From NCBI GenBank assembly GCA_051439425.1, contig JBFRWD010000138.1, positions 1 to 64,000 of the forward strand: a DNA stretch of 64,000 bases, in the 5' to 3' direction. Origin of the DNA: Synechococcus sp. (GTDB taxonomy: Bacteria; Cyanobacteriota; Cyanobacteriia; Thermostichales; PCC-7336). The position numbers were made by a program, and so were the translations under genes. Of the stretch, positions 32,882-41,818 are shown one piece after another (within the stretch, counting starts at the first letter, position 1; each line of letters starts with the position of its first letter). The notes under the pieces are model-generated. The model did not search any database and was not told the origin of the DNA. It saw only the letters and a program-made list of their open reading frames with translations.

Positions 32882-35231
32882 CCACCTCCCGAGCAAACCA
32901 CCGCCGAATCATCTCCACCTGAAACTGATATCCATCCCCATTCGGCTCAATCAATTCCCGCTGCTGTAACTGAGAAATAGCCACCGGAAGCTCGTCCCCA
33001 AATTGCCGATCTAACTCTTCTCGGCTAACCCCAATCCCTTCACCAGCAGCAGCAATTGCCCGCAACACGGCCAAGCCAGTGGTATCCACTTGGTTGTTCT
33101 GAATATCTGCAAAAAAGAAGCTGCCGCTGTCAATTGCCGGGTCGATAACGGCTTCTACATCCACCCGCAGGGCGAGGCGGCGGATGGAGGGATCTTGTTC
33201 GTTTTTGTGGGCGACGAGTTCGGCGCAGAGCAGTTGGACTAGGTAGGGCTGGCAGCGAGTTAAGTCTAGGATGCGTTGGACAGCGTCGGGTTCGTAGCGG
33301 AGGGCAAAGTCGGGGGTGGGGGATTCGATTAGTTTGCGGGCTTCGGATTCTTTGAGGTAGCCGAGATGGATGACTTGAACATTGATGAGATAGCTGGCCC
33401 AGCGGTGGAATTCTTGCAGGGTATGGGAGCCGGCAATCATCACTTTGATGCGGGGGCGGTGTTGGATGATGTTGCGCAGAGTGCCGAGGATGTCTTGTTC
33501 GTTGAAGCGATCGGCGACTAGGGCTGCGTCTAGGGCTTCGAATTCATCCAGGGTGAGGAGTAGGGTGCCGTTGCCGACTTTGTCATTGAGTATTTGTTCA
33601 ACGTCATCCAGCCATTCGTCGAAGGTGGTGAAGGGGTCGGCGGTTAGAGCTTCGCGAGGGAGTTTGGGGAGTTGGAGATTGCGTTGCTCGAGGGCGGTGT
33701 TGGATATACCGCGAGCAAGGTTGTATAGGAAGCCGATGGCATCGCTAGCTTTTGAGGTTGGGCCTTGGAGGTCAACGGAGGTGGGGATGAAACGGGTGGG
33801 GAGGAGACGACCGAGGTTGTTGAGCAGGGAGGTTTTGCCGGTGCGCCGTTGGCCGTAGAGGAGGAGGGGAGGGCGGCGATCGTCGAGCAGGAGTTGTTCG
33901 ATGCGGGCGCAGGTGTCGGTGCGGCCCACGAAGATGTGTTGGGATTGGGTGAGGGGAACGCCGATTATGTAGGGGGTGTCGAGGTCTTGGTTTTGCTCGG
34001 CTGTTTGGGCTAGCTGGTTACAATATTGAGTGACGATGGTTTGCCACCGTTGGGCGATGGGGCGGAAGCGAGGAGCAGCTTTATTGTCAGTGCGGGTGAG
34101 TTCCACCACCAGGCTGGTAAGTTTATCGCCGATGTCTTTGAGAGCTAGGCGTTGGTTGTAGCTACTGGTTTGGGCGAGAGCGGCAGAAGTGTCTTGGCCA
34201 ATTGCTTGAAAGCGCTGCAGAATTGCTACTCCTGGGTTGTCTGAGTCAAGAGCAGTATTGGGTTCTTTTGTTTTTGATAGCGCTTGGATCGTTTGAAAAC
34301 TTTCGAGTTTACGTGCATCAAGTTCTAGTTGAACGGCTTGGGCTGCCCAACGCTGGCGACTGGTACTGAGGTAATTGAGTGCCGCTTGACCTTCCTCTGG
34401 ATGGTTCTCAAAAACCAACAGAACATGCTTATCTAATCCCGGCCATTGTAAGCGTTGCCATTCGTACCAAAAGGCTGGATGCCATCTCAAAAAATAGTAA
34501 GTTGAATCGGCATTTGCTCGCCCATCTAATATCTGCAATCCCCCTCCCCCTAAACGCAACCAAGGGTACAACGCAACAGGCAGCCAGCTATTTACTAAGA
34601 GACACACGCCGAACGCCACGCCTCCCGCCACGCCTCCCGCTACGCCTCCCACCACGCCGAACGCCACGCCGAACACCACGCATAACGCTACGCCTCCCGC
34701 CACGCCGAACGCCACACCTACCGTCACGCCTAACGCCACACCCACCGCCACACCCACCGCCACGCCTCCCGCCACGCCTCCCGCCACGCCGTAAGCCACG
34801 CCGTAAGCCACGCCGTAAGCCACGCCTACCGTCACGCCTACCATCACGCCTACCGTCACGCCTAACGCCACGCCTAACGCCACGCCGTAAGCCACGCCGT
34901 AAGCCACACCTAACGCTGCATTAGATAATGCCTCCCCTATTGGAATTCCAAACAAGACCAGGCAGAAAAAAAGCCCCAAGTTAGCCAGAATAGGTGCGAC
35001 AACAAAACCTTGTAGCAATAACTTCCATAGGTTCCGATTCTTCCATCCGGGCCATCGTCGTTGTGTACTTAGTGGAAGCTCTAGTGATGGGTCGATACGT
35101 TTGAGATGATTGCGAAAAGCAGAGGGATGGAACACCATCCAAAATAAAAGTTGTACCGTTCCCAAAATCAAATTGGGATGTTGCTCGGGAGAATCTGTAT
35201 AGGCATTACGTAACTTAGATGCCTTTGTCAT
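32874..35231 (-). CDS. Membrane-associated STAND-like P-loop ATPase with a GVxx repeat region
   Basis: N-terminal TM segments, 26 GVxx repeats, helical linker, FVGR, Walker A YGQRRTGKT, Walker B LTLDEFE, CQPYLVQ, C-terminal winged-helix-like segment. Confidence 0.88.
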   Translation of the reverse strand: MTKASKLRNAYTDSPEQHPNLILGTVQLLFWMVFHPSAFRNHLKRIDPSLELPLSTQRRWPGWKNRNLWKLLLQGFVVAPILANLGLFFCLVLFGIPIGEALSNAALGVAYGVAYGVALGVALGVTVGVMVGVTVGVAYGVAYGVAYGVAGGVAGGVAVGVAVGVALGVTVGVAFGVAGGVALCVVFGVAFGVVGGVAGGVAGGVAFGVCLLVNSWLPVALYPWLRLGGGGLQILDGRANADSTYYFLRWHPAFWYEWQRLQWPGLDKHVLLVFENHPEEGQAALNYLSTSRQRWAAQAVQLELDARKLESFQTIQALSKTKEPNTALDSDNPGVAILQRFQAIGQDTSAALAQTSSYNQRLALKDIGDKLTSLVVELTRTDNKAAPRFRPIAQRWQTIVTQYCNQLAQTAEQNQDLDTPYIIGVPLTQSQHIFVGRTDTCARIEQLLLDDRRPPLLLYGQRRTGKTSLLNNLGRLLPTRFIPTSVDLQGPTSKASDAIGFLYNLARGISNTALEQRNLQLPKLPREALTADPFTTFDEWLDDVEQILNDKVGNGTLLLTLDEFEALDAALVADRFNEQDILGTLRNIIQHRPRIKVMIAGSHTLQEFHRWASYLINVQVIHLGYLKESEARKLIESPTPDFALRYEPDAVQRILDLTRCQPYLVQLLCAELVAHKNEQDPSIRRLALRVDVEAVIDPAIDSGSFFFADIQNNQVDTTGLAVLRAIAAAGEGIGVSREELDRQFGDELPVAISQLQQRELIEPNGDGYQFQVEMIRRWFAREVAP
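34599..34910 (-). repeat. Coding tandem repeat, 26 x 12 bp (G-V-A/T-x tetrapeptide)
   Basis: Units such as GGCGTGGCTTAC, GGCGTGGCGGGA and GGCGTGACGGTA on the minus strand; 312 bp in total. Confidence 0.95.
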
Positions 35232-36310
35232 GGTGCATCAAAGATATGAATAAATGGTGTAAGCTGCTCGATTGCATCTCTTCGCCATTCGTTTCCCATT
35301 TGCCCTTCTTCAAAGCTAGCTAATCGCTCGCGGCATAAGATTTGCAGTGCCAAAGGCCAACAATTACTCACGTCCAATATCCAGCCAGTATCTCTCGTCC
35401 CAAACCTCACAGGAGAACTTGCTATCAAATCACACGCCTCTTTTTCAGTTAGTGGGCCTAAATTCGCGATGTAGCCAAAGATATTAAAAAATGGTGAGCT
35501 GTGTCCTGTTCCACAAGCCAAGTCCAACGGTTTTTCAGGTGTCGACAGCACAAACGCCAACTTCCCATTAGTCGCGCTATTGCCCAGAGAACGCAAACTC
35601 TCCCAAAACTCATCATCCAGCTCCGGACAGCGCTGCAAACCCACAGCAGTCTCATCCATCAGCACTACAGTAGGTTGCTTTAGTCCTTGGCTCACCACCT
35701 CCATAAACATCTCCAAGCTGCAGTCATCAGGTACGGTGATGTCCATCCCCTTTAACAGATGCGTCATCACCCCCAAACGACTGTGCAACCGCACATCTTG
35801 GAAATCGACATAGATCCAGGTGTACGTTTCCGGCGATGGTAACCAGTCAGATCGCTGTCCCTCCCTCAACTCTCTTCTCGGAGTCGTCGTTATCGTCCGC
35901 AAGTAATTCAACAGCGAAGTCTTCCCCGATCGCTGCTTCCCCACAATTGCCGCATTCTGCATCGGCTGTGTCTTCAACAGCCCAAACAGCCGCCGCAACT
36001 CCCTCTCCCGCCCGAAGAAATTCCTCGGGTGGCTAATCGGCGGCCCAGCAATAAACTTTGGCTGATTTTCTAACTTTGCTCCGTCACCATAAAGCGGGTC
36101 GGCAACATCTTTCCAGTCCAAGCGCAACCGACTACAAAGTTCGACAAAGTTCAGGTGGTCAACTGGCTTTCCATTCAAAAAATTCTTGACGGTCGATAGA
36201 GACAACCCAGAATCCATCGCCAACGCCTTTTGGCTGGGATAGTTACATCGCTTGAGCGCAGCCTTAGCTCGCCCAACCTCACCCTCAAGTAACCTCTGCG
36301 ATCTGCTCAC
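35228..36310 (-). CDS. XRE-type HTH fused to a STAND-like P-loop ATPase
   Basis: N-terminal SQKALAMDSGLSLSTVKNFLNGKPV (HTH); FFGRERE, Walker A GKQRSGKT, Walker B VLMDE, CWPLALQ; ATGA overlap with the downstream ATPase. Confidence 0.88.
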   Translation of the reverse strand: MSRSQRLLEGEVGRAKAALKRCNYPSQKALAMDSGLSLSTVKNFLNGKPVDHLNFVELCSRLRLDWKDVADPLYGDGAKLENQPKFIAGPPISHPRNFFGRERELRRLFGLLKTQPMQNAAIVGKQRSGKTSLLNYLRTITTTPRRELREGQRSDWLPSPETYTWIYVDFQDVRLHSRLGVMTHLLKGMDITVPDDCSLEMFMEVVSQGLKQPTVVLMDETAVGLQRCPELDDEFWESLRSLGNSATNGKLAFVLSTPEKPLDLACGTGHSSPFFNIFGYIANLGPLTEKEACDLIASSPVRFGTRDTGWILDVSNCWPLALQILCRERLASFEEGQMGNEWRRDAIEQLTPFIHIFDAP

Positions 36311-36447
36311 TCAACTACTTCCCACCCTTTGGGCACATCCTATCCGCTAAAACTCACCACGAAGTCATCCATAGAAGCCAGTTTTCTCGCCCTAGTACTC
36401 ACTTCGCTGCCTTCGAAACTCAAAAGCGTAGTAAACAAGCCAACAAC

Positions 36448-36594
36448 ATGACACCTCAAGATGAACTACGCCTTCTACTTCAACTCATCACCGCCGCCAC
36501 CGTCCTCGCAGAATCCCCTGTCGCCTGCATCGCCGGAATCCTCGCAATTCTCTACCTCCTCTGGAAATCCAACAACAATCAACGATGGTTCTAA
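36448..36594 (+). CDS. Small hydrophobic protein (48 aa), divergent from the ATPase pair
   Basis: ATG 36448 to TAA 36594: MTPQDELRLLLQLITAATVLAESPVACIAGILAILYLLWKSNNNQRWF; below the ORF-track cutoff. Confidence 0.55.
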   Translation: MTPQDELRLLLQLITAATVLAESPVACIAGILAILYLLWKSNNNQRWF

Positions 36595-36603
36595 CTCCCC
36601 ATA

Positions 36604-36637
36604 TAAAAAGCGGGAAGCCCATCACAGACTCCCCAGC
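36604..36637 (-). terminator. Probable intrinsic terminator after nrdJ
   Basis: Minus strand reads GCTGGGGAGTC-tgtgatg-GGCTTCCCGC then TTTTT (stem with G-U pairs and one bulge). Confidence 0.55.
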
Positions 36638-36662
36638 ATCACAAACTCACAATTGGAAGGGA

Positions 36663-38882
36663 TTACCGAACCGGGCAAGCCCCACCCACGCAATCCGACT
36701 CCAGATCCACCGCATCCGGGTCATCCATCAGCCGCTCGTAAAACGCCAGCCGCTCAAAATCCACCGAGAACACAGCACTCTTAGCCCGCTCCTCGTACTC
36801 CTCCTCCGTCATCGCCTGATAAGGCAACAGCGGATACACATCATCCGCACACTTGGGCAAGAACGAGATGCCGACAAAATCCTCCCAGTTGTCGTACACC
36901 CAATCCACCACCGCATCCCACTCGTCATCCGCCACCGTAATCGTCACGCTAGCGTTGTGGTCGCAGTAATGCTTCGTCGTGCACTTGTAATTCTCAAGCT
37001 GTTCGATCGCCGACACATCCGAACTCTTGCGCCGCGCCGCCGTCTTCACCGGAAACTCCAACACCCATGTATCGGATTGTTGTAGAACGCGATCGCGAGC
37101 CTCACCCGGCAAATTGCGATACCACTCCAACTTCTCCCAAATATTCGCGCCCTGAGCCTCCTCTAGCCCATCCAACACAAACGACTCGGGATAAATTGGT
37201 ACCCCCTGATCCCGCAACGTCAGCGCCAGCGCATCGGTGCGGCTCATGCGAATGCGACGCAGGTAATAGGGCGCGTAAGGCCAGTGCAAGCCGGACGCAA
37301 TGGTATTGAGCTGAGCGTACGTTCCGTTCGGCTTATTCGTAGTCACCAACAGCGGACGCAGGACTCCCAAATGCTCGGCATACTTCGTCGCTTCATCATT
37401 GGCCGTATCGTGACACCACTTGCGCAGCGCATTGGCCTCATCCGAATCCACTGCCCAACCCAACTTGTCGAACAGCTCCACCCAGCCGCAGCAATCTACC
37501 CCCAACAGGCGCTCCTGCTTCTGGGTCTTATCCCACAGCGGCAAGCTGATGTTGACGCAAGTCTGACGCAAGCCAATCCGAGTAATCAACCGCAATGAGA
37601 TGTCCAACTCCTCATAGTCCACCTCAAAGCCGCCATCTGCCGCCTCCTTGACAAACTCCGGCAACGGCAACGCCGTCAAGTTACAGAACGACCCAGCCTT
37701 CGCTCCGGCATAACCAGAACTGAGCAAAATCTCCGCACAAGGATTGGTCAGACCGGCATTGTCCACGTAATTCGACACCGGTTCATCCGGACGCCACTTC
37801 AGCGCCGCTTCCCGACGGCGAGACTTATGCCCCGCCCCATTAATAAACCCAGGCTCCCCTTCATAGCGAATCACCTGGAACAGCTCCCGCAGGAAGTCCT
37901 TCTCCGGGCGATCGTAATACACCCCCGAGTTATTCGACATCGCTCGATAGCGCTTGTCAGCCAGCTTCTCGTCCGTCCACAGCCCCCGCTTGGCACTAGC
38001 CGTTTCCGTATCGCTGGGGTCAAACAGACAAATCTCGGCACTGCGGCGCACGTTCCCCGCCACCACGCAGCTACCAATGCAGCACATGATGTCCATCGCA
38101 TCGATGGGGCGCAGTTGCGGAGCAGGCGCATTGCAGATGATGTCGGTCACCTCCAGCAGCATCTTGCGCAGTGGAGCGTAGCCACTGGCCGTACCGCCAA
38201 AGCCCTTGATGCGATCGCCGTAAGGCCGGACGTTATTGAAATCGAACTCAACCGACTGAAACTCTTTGTCTTCGCTGGCAAGCTTAAGCAGCAGACCAAG
38301 AGCATCCACCCATCCCTGACGAGAATCCCCAATCGTCACCCGCACCACCGGCCCATTCAGCTCCACACTGGTGCTTTCCTGGCGCTCATATTCCGGCTTA
38401 ATCTCCACCGGAAGCACTTCAATTTTGAAATCTTGACGGAACGTCGGAAGCTGCGACACATCGCTGCGCAACACCCGAAATCCCACACCACAGCCCAACA
38501 TCAGCAGGTGAAACGCCTCGGTAAACGATGCCAGGCGATCGACCGCCAGCGCACTGCAGTTAAAGCAAGCTTCCGGCACCGTATCCGTAATTTTGGTCCC
38601 ACCCACCCAAGCCACACGACCGGAGGCCCACGCCTTGAGGTGATTGAAGCGATCGAACATCAATTCAGCTTCCGCCTGCAGTTCATCCTCAGACTGCAAA
38701 CCACTGGCCAAACTGACGTTGTAATTAGTCACCCGAGCATTGCGCTCCCACGGAGTCTCCCGCCTTTGTTCCTCAGGCAAGTACCGCAGATAGGTGCGAG
38801 TATCGACCACAGCCCCTAGCGCCCCGTAAGGAACCGGAGTTTGACTGGCACGGTCGATCAGATCGCGAGTGATGAATTCCAT
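36663..38882 (-). CDS. nrdJ: Class II adenosylcobalamin-dependent ribonucleotide reductase (RTPR type), no intein
   Basis: RTYLR, CFNCS, LLMLGCGVGF, GNVRRSAEI, GEPGF, TNPCAEILL, FCNLT, KPNGT, C-terminal CVGGACPVR. Confidence 0.93.
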   Translation of the reverse strand: MEFITRDLIDRASQTPVPYGALGAVVDTRTYLRYLPEEQRRETPWERNARVTNYNVSLASGLQSEDELQAEAELMFDRFNHLKAWASGRVAWVGGTKITDTVPEACFNCSALAVDRLASFTEAFHLLMLGCGVGFRVLRSDVSQLPTFRQDFKIEVLPVEIKPEYERQESTSVELNGPVVRVTIGDSRQGWVDALGLLLKLASEDKEFQSVEFDFNNVRPYGDRIKGFGGTASGYAPLRKMLLEVTDIICNAPAPQLRPIDAMDIMCCIGSCVVAGNVRRSAEICLFDPSDTETASAKRGLWTDEKLADKRYRAMSNNSGVYYDRPEKDFLRELFQVIRYEGEPGFINGAGHKSRRREAALKWRPDEPVSNYVDNAGLTNPCAEILLSSGYAGAKAGSFCNLTALPLPEFVKEAADGGFEVDYEELDISLRLITRIGLRQTCVNISLPLWDKTQKQERLLGVDCCGWVELFDKLGWAVDSDEANALRKWCHDTANDEATKYAEHLGVLRPLLVTTNKPNGTYAQLNTIASGLHWPYAPYYLRRIRMSRTDALALTLRDQGVPIYPESFVLDGLEEAQGANIWEKLEWYRNLPGEARDRVLQQSDTWVLEFPVKTAARRKSSDVSAIEQLENYKCTTKHYCDHNASVTITVADDEWDAVVDWVYDNWEDFVGISFLPKCADDVYPLLPYQAMTEEEYEERAKSAVFSVDFERLAFYERLMDDPDAVDLESDCVGGACPVR

Positions 38883-39159
38883 GAGAGCCCTCAGGGTGAA
38901 ATGCGACTAAACACTGCGAGAGTGGGGAGAACCATTCAGCGCGTTCGCAGCTACCGCGCCTTGCCCATTTCCATTCCCCTTGTCAGCAACAAATTCAGTC
39001 CAACCCAGTTCAAGACAACCGAACGGTATTGATTGAAACGCTGAATCCTAAAAAGTCAATACAGGCAAGTCAAAATACGCACCATACAGATTCAGACACG
39101 TCGGGTTATCGCAGCATAGCCAGAGCCTCTAACAGCAACCTCCCGACACACCCGATCGC

Positions 39160-39594
39160 CTATCCCGACACACCAGTACTGCCAAACCCGCCACTACCTC
39201 TGGCAGTTGCCGATAGCTCCTCGGTCTCCTGCCACTGCACGTCCGGCACGGGCAAGAACACCAACTGGCAAATGCGATCGCCTCGCCGCACTGTAAACGT
39301 CTCGTCGCTTTGGTTAAACACCAACGCACACACTGGCCCGCGATAGGAAGAATCGATCAGTCCAGGAGAATTACTCAGGGTGATCCCCTTCGACGCTAGC
39401 CCGGATCGAGGCAGCAGTAACACCGCCCAATCCTCCGGAATCTCTAGCGAGAATCCCAGCGGGATCTTGCCAATGGTTCTGGGCAACAACAGCGCGTCGC
39501 CCGCTGCGTAACAATCCCACCCAGCATCTTGGCGATCGCGGCGAGCAGGTAGGGCGTAACAGTTGTCGAGTCGCTGAATATTGACAGGCAGCAC
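39160..39594 (-). CDS. dut: dUTP diphosphatase (trimeric type)
   Basis: DAGWDC, PRSGLA, GLIDSSYRG, GDRICQL, RGSGGFGSTG (all five motifs). Confidence 0.95.
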   Translation of the reverse strand: MLPVNIQRLDNCYALPARRDRQDAGWDCYAAGDALLLPRTIGKIPLGFSLEIPEDWAVLLLPRSGLASKGITLSNSPGLIDSSYRGPVCALVFNQSDETFTVRRGDRICQLVFLPVPDVQWQETEELSATARGSGGFGSTGVSG

Positions 39595-40040
39595 GCGCAA
39601 TAGCCTCGATTGGTATAAATATAACACTTATCCCCACAGACAGACGCTACCGGTGGGGGTATAAATCTATGGCGAGCACTATATCACGCTCTTTCAGCTA
39701 CAAATATGTCGTCCGACTACTCATCCTCATGCCAGCGATCCCTTCGAAGTAAAGCCGCTGTGGCCTTTGACAGACATTTGGAATCAACTATTAAGATTTA
39801 TCCTATCGGTAGGGGTCGATCGAGCGCGATCCCTGTCAGGTCAACTAGGGATAGGGATCGCTGGATTGTCTGCCGGTTGTAAATATGGTTGTTAAAAAGC
39901 ACAACCGAATTTTAACGATCGACAGCCTCCGATCTACTGTTCGAGTTGCGGCGAAATCGCGAGTATAAATCCTATCAGTCAGAATGCCCGGAGTTCGTCA
40001 CAATAGAAATAATGACCCTTTGCTTGTATGGCCCAGACTT

Positions 40041-40334
40041 ATGGACTCTCTCAGCCTAGCCACCTGGACTCTCAACCCGCTGCTGGCTCTCTACATTCTT
40101 CTGTTCGTTTTGCGCATCCCCTTATCCTGGTATCCCCAAATCGATGGCGATCGCTTCCCCTACATCTTGGCGGTGTGGCCCACTGAATGGATTTTGCGCG
40201 TGACCCGCAAGATCGTTCCCACAATGGGAGGCGTAGACATGACCCCCGTTATCTGGGTGGGTATCGTCTCTTTCCTGAGAGAAATTCTCTTGGGGCAACA
40301 GGGCCTCTTAACCATGGCAGCCCAAACTCACTAA
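40041..40334 (+). CDS. YggT family protein (CCB3-like)
   Basis: RIPLSWYP, PTEWIL, GGVDMTPVIW, EILLGQQGLL. Confidence 0.9.
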   Translation: MDSLSLATWTLNPLLALYILLFVLRIPLSWYPQIDGDRFPYILAVWPTEWILRVTRKIVPTMGGVDMTPVIWVGIVSFLREILLGQQGLLTMAAQTH

Positions 40335-40408
40335 TGCCGTCATCATCTAAGCCATTAGTTCCATTTTTCAATATCAATATTTCAATATATTGAGCTCAGC
40401 CAAACCGG

Positions 40409-41818
40409 TCAGGCGAGCAGCTTGGTTAATCGCTTGGGAAACGACAGCCTGACGATTGTCCATCCCCCCCCGCTGGTCAGATCAATCGTACCTTCCGATA
40501 ATTCCACCAGCTCTTTGACAATGGACAGCCCCAAGCCCGTCCCTTGCATCTGTGCGGTTCTGCTATCCTCCGCACGGTAAAACTTTTCAAACAGATGAGA
40601 CACTTCACTGGATGGAATCTCTACTGAATTGCGAATCTCCAATTCCCAGCGATCGTCCAATTCTCTAGCCAGCACATGAAGCTTCCCCCCTGCAGGAGTG
40701 TACTTACAGGCATTGTGAATCAGTTCGCGGAGGATGCGCTCCAAACAGGGGCGATCGATTTCCACAAACGTCTCGGCCTCGGCTGCCAGGTGGCGAAAGT
40801 CCACCTCAACATCCAGGTTGTGCTGCCGAGCTTCTGCCTGTACTGTGCCTGCCCAAGTTCCCAGCCACAACGGCAGCGCTACCGACACAGCTGCGTTGCG
40901 AATAAACGTACGATCCGCCTGTTCGAGTTTCTGCAAGTCCAGTAGATCGTTAACCAAGTCAATTTCCCGCTGGCATTGTTGTAACGCCATCTCGATATAT
41001 TGCTGTTTCTGAGACTCAGATACTGGGTTTTGCAACATCGTCAGAGCCATTTTGATGCTGGTCAACGGGGTGCGTAGTTCGTGAGATACCGTGCTGATAA
41101 AGTCATCCTTGATCTGATGCATCTGCTGCAATTGATGCACCTGATCTTGGGAGGTTTTGTACAAACGAGCCTGACGAATGGCGATCGCGCACTGGTTCGC
41201 CACCTGCTTCACCAATCGAATTTCCAGCTCGCTAAATTCGCGATCGGCGCGATCGACTAACCACAAATCGCCGAGACTGCTTTCACCGTAGTAAATTGCA
41301 CAAGCCAACAAAGCAACCCGCTGCCGCTCTCGGCTAACCCGCAGAGAGCACATTTGAAAGCACCATTTACGATCTAAAAGCTGCTGATAGCATTCTGGGA
41401 AATCTTCCATCTGCGAAACGCGCCCGCGGGACCCCGGAACTGCAGCAGCATACTCGTAGCGCACCGTCGAGGTTTTGTCTGCCAGGTTGTAGAGAGATGC
41501 ATTACAACAGCGAACATTCAGCGCAAGACACAGTTCTCGTACTGTCGTCTCAAGAATAGTAGTCTCATCGAGTGTATCGCGAACTCGATCGGTGATGTTT
41601 TTCAGCAGTTCTTCGAACGACAGCAGCTGCTTAATCTGGGCAGACCGCCGGTGGGTGATGGAACGATAGGAGGGACGGCCTAAATCATGATGCACTCCCG
41701 AAAGCTCCAGATCCGGCTCTAACAACGAAGAATCTTGCTTTCCCTGAATAAACCGTCCCGCCACAATAGTATCGAGTTCGCGAGCAGGGACTTCTGGATT
41801 GTCAACGGAATACGTCAT
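40409..41818 (-). CDS. GAF-domain sensor histidine kinase
   Basis: GAF ending QVANQCAIAIRQARL; SHELRTPL; N box ELIHNACKYT; FEKFYR; GTGLGL. Confidence 0.93.
   Translation of the reverse strand: MTYSVDNPEVPARELDTIVAGRFIQGKQDSSLLEPDLELSGVHHDLGRPSYRSITHRRSAQIKQLLSFEELLKNITDRVRDTLDETTILETTVRELCLALNVRCCNASLYNLADKTSTVRYEYAAAVPGSRGRVSQMEDFPECYQQLLDRKWCFQMCSLRVSRERQRVALLACAIYYGESSLGDLWLVDRADREFSELEIRLVKQVANQCAIAIRQARLYKTSQDQVHQLQQMHQIKDDFISTVSHELRTPLTSIKMALTMLQNPVSESQKQQYIEMALQQCQREIDLVNDLLDLQKLEQADRTFIRNAAVSVALPLWLGTWAGTVQAEARQHNLDVEVDFRHLAAEAETFVEIDRPCLERILRELIHNACKYTPAGGKLHVLARELDDRWELEIRNSVEIPSSEVSHLFEKFYRAEDSRTAQMQGTGLGLSIVKELVELSEGTIDLTSGGGWTIVRLSFPKRLTKLLA

Noticed and set aside
34379..34924. 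Pro/Arg-rich 181-aa plus-strand ORF, and the repeat read as a CRISPR array
   Set aside because: The ORF is the antisense shadow of the GVxx repeat; the units are 12-bp tandem copies with no spacers and no cas genes
36461..37085. Plus-strand 107-aa and 166-aa ORFs
   Set aside because: Low-complexity products overlapping the nrdJ 3' end antisense; the 48-aa frame fits the gap better
37827..38819. 330-aa plus-strand ORF
   Set aside because: Entirely antisense to nrdJ with no recognisable motifs
38883..39159. Cobalamin riboswitch upstream of nrdJ
   Set aside because: No B12-box or conserved core recognisable by eye; an Rfam scan would settle it
32874..39594. Prophage or integrative element
   Set aside because: No integrase, structural genes, tRNA target or att repeats seen
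39628..39712. NrdR boxes (CTATATCACG, AAATATGTCG) and a DnaA-box-like TTATCCCCA upstream of dut
   Set aside because: Only partial matches with unconvincing spacing
39826..39861. 12-bp inverted repeat between dut and yggT
   Set aside because: Single hairpin built partly from HIP1-like sequence, with no T-tract or second copy
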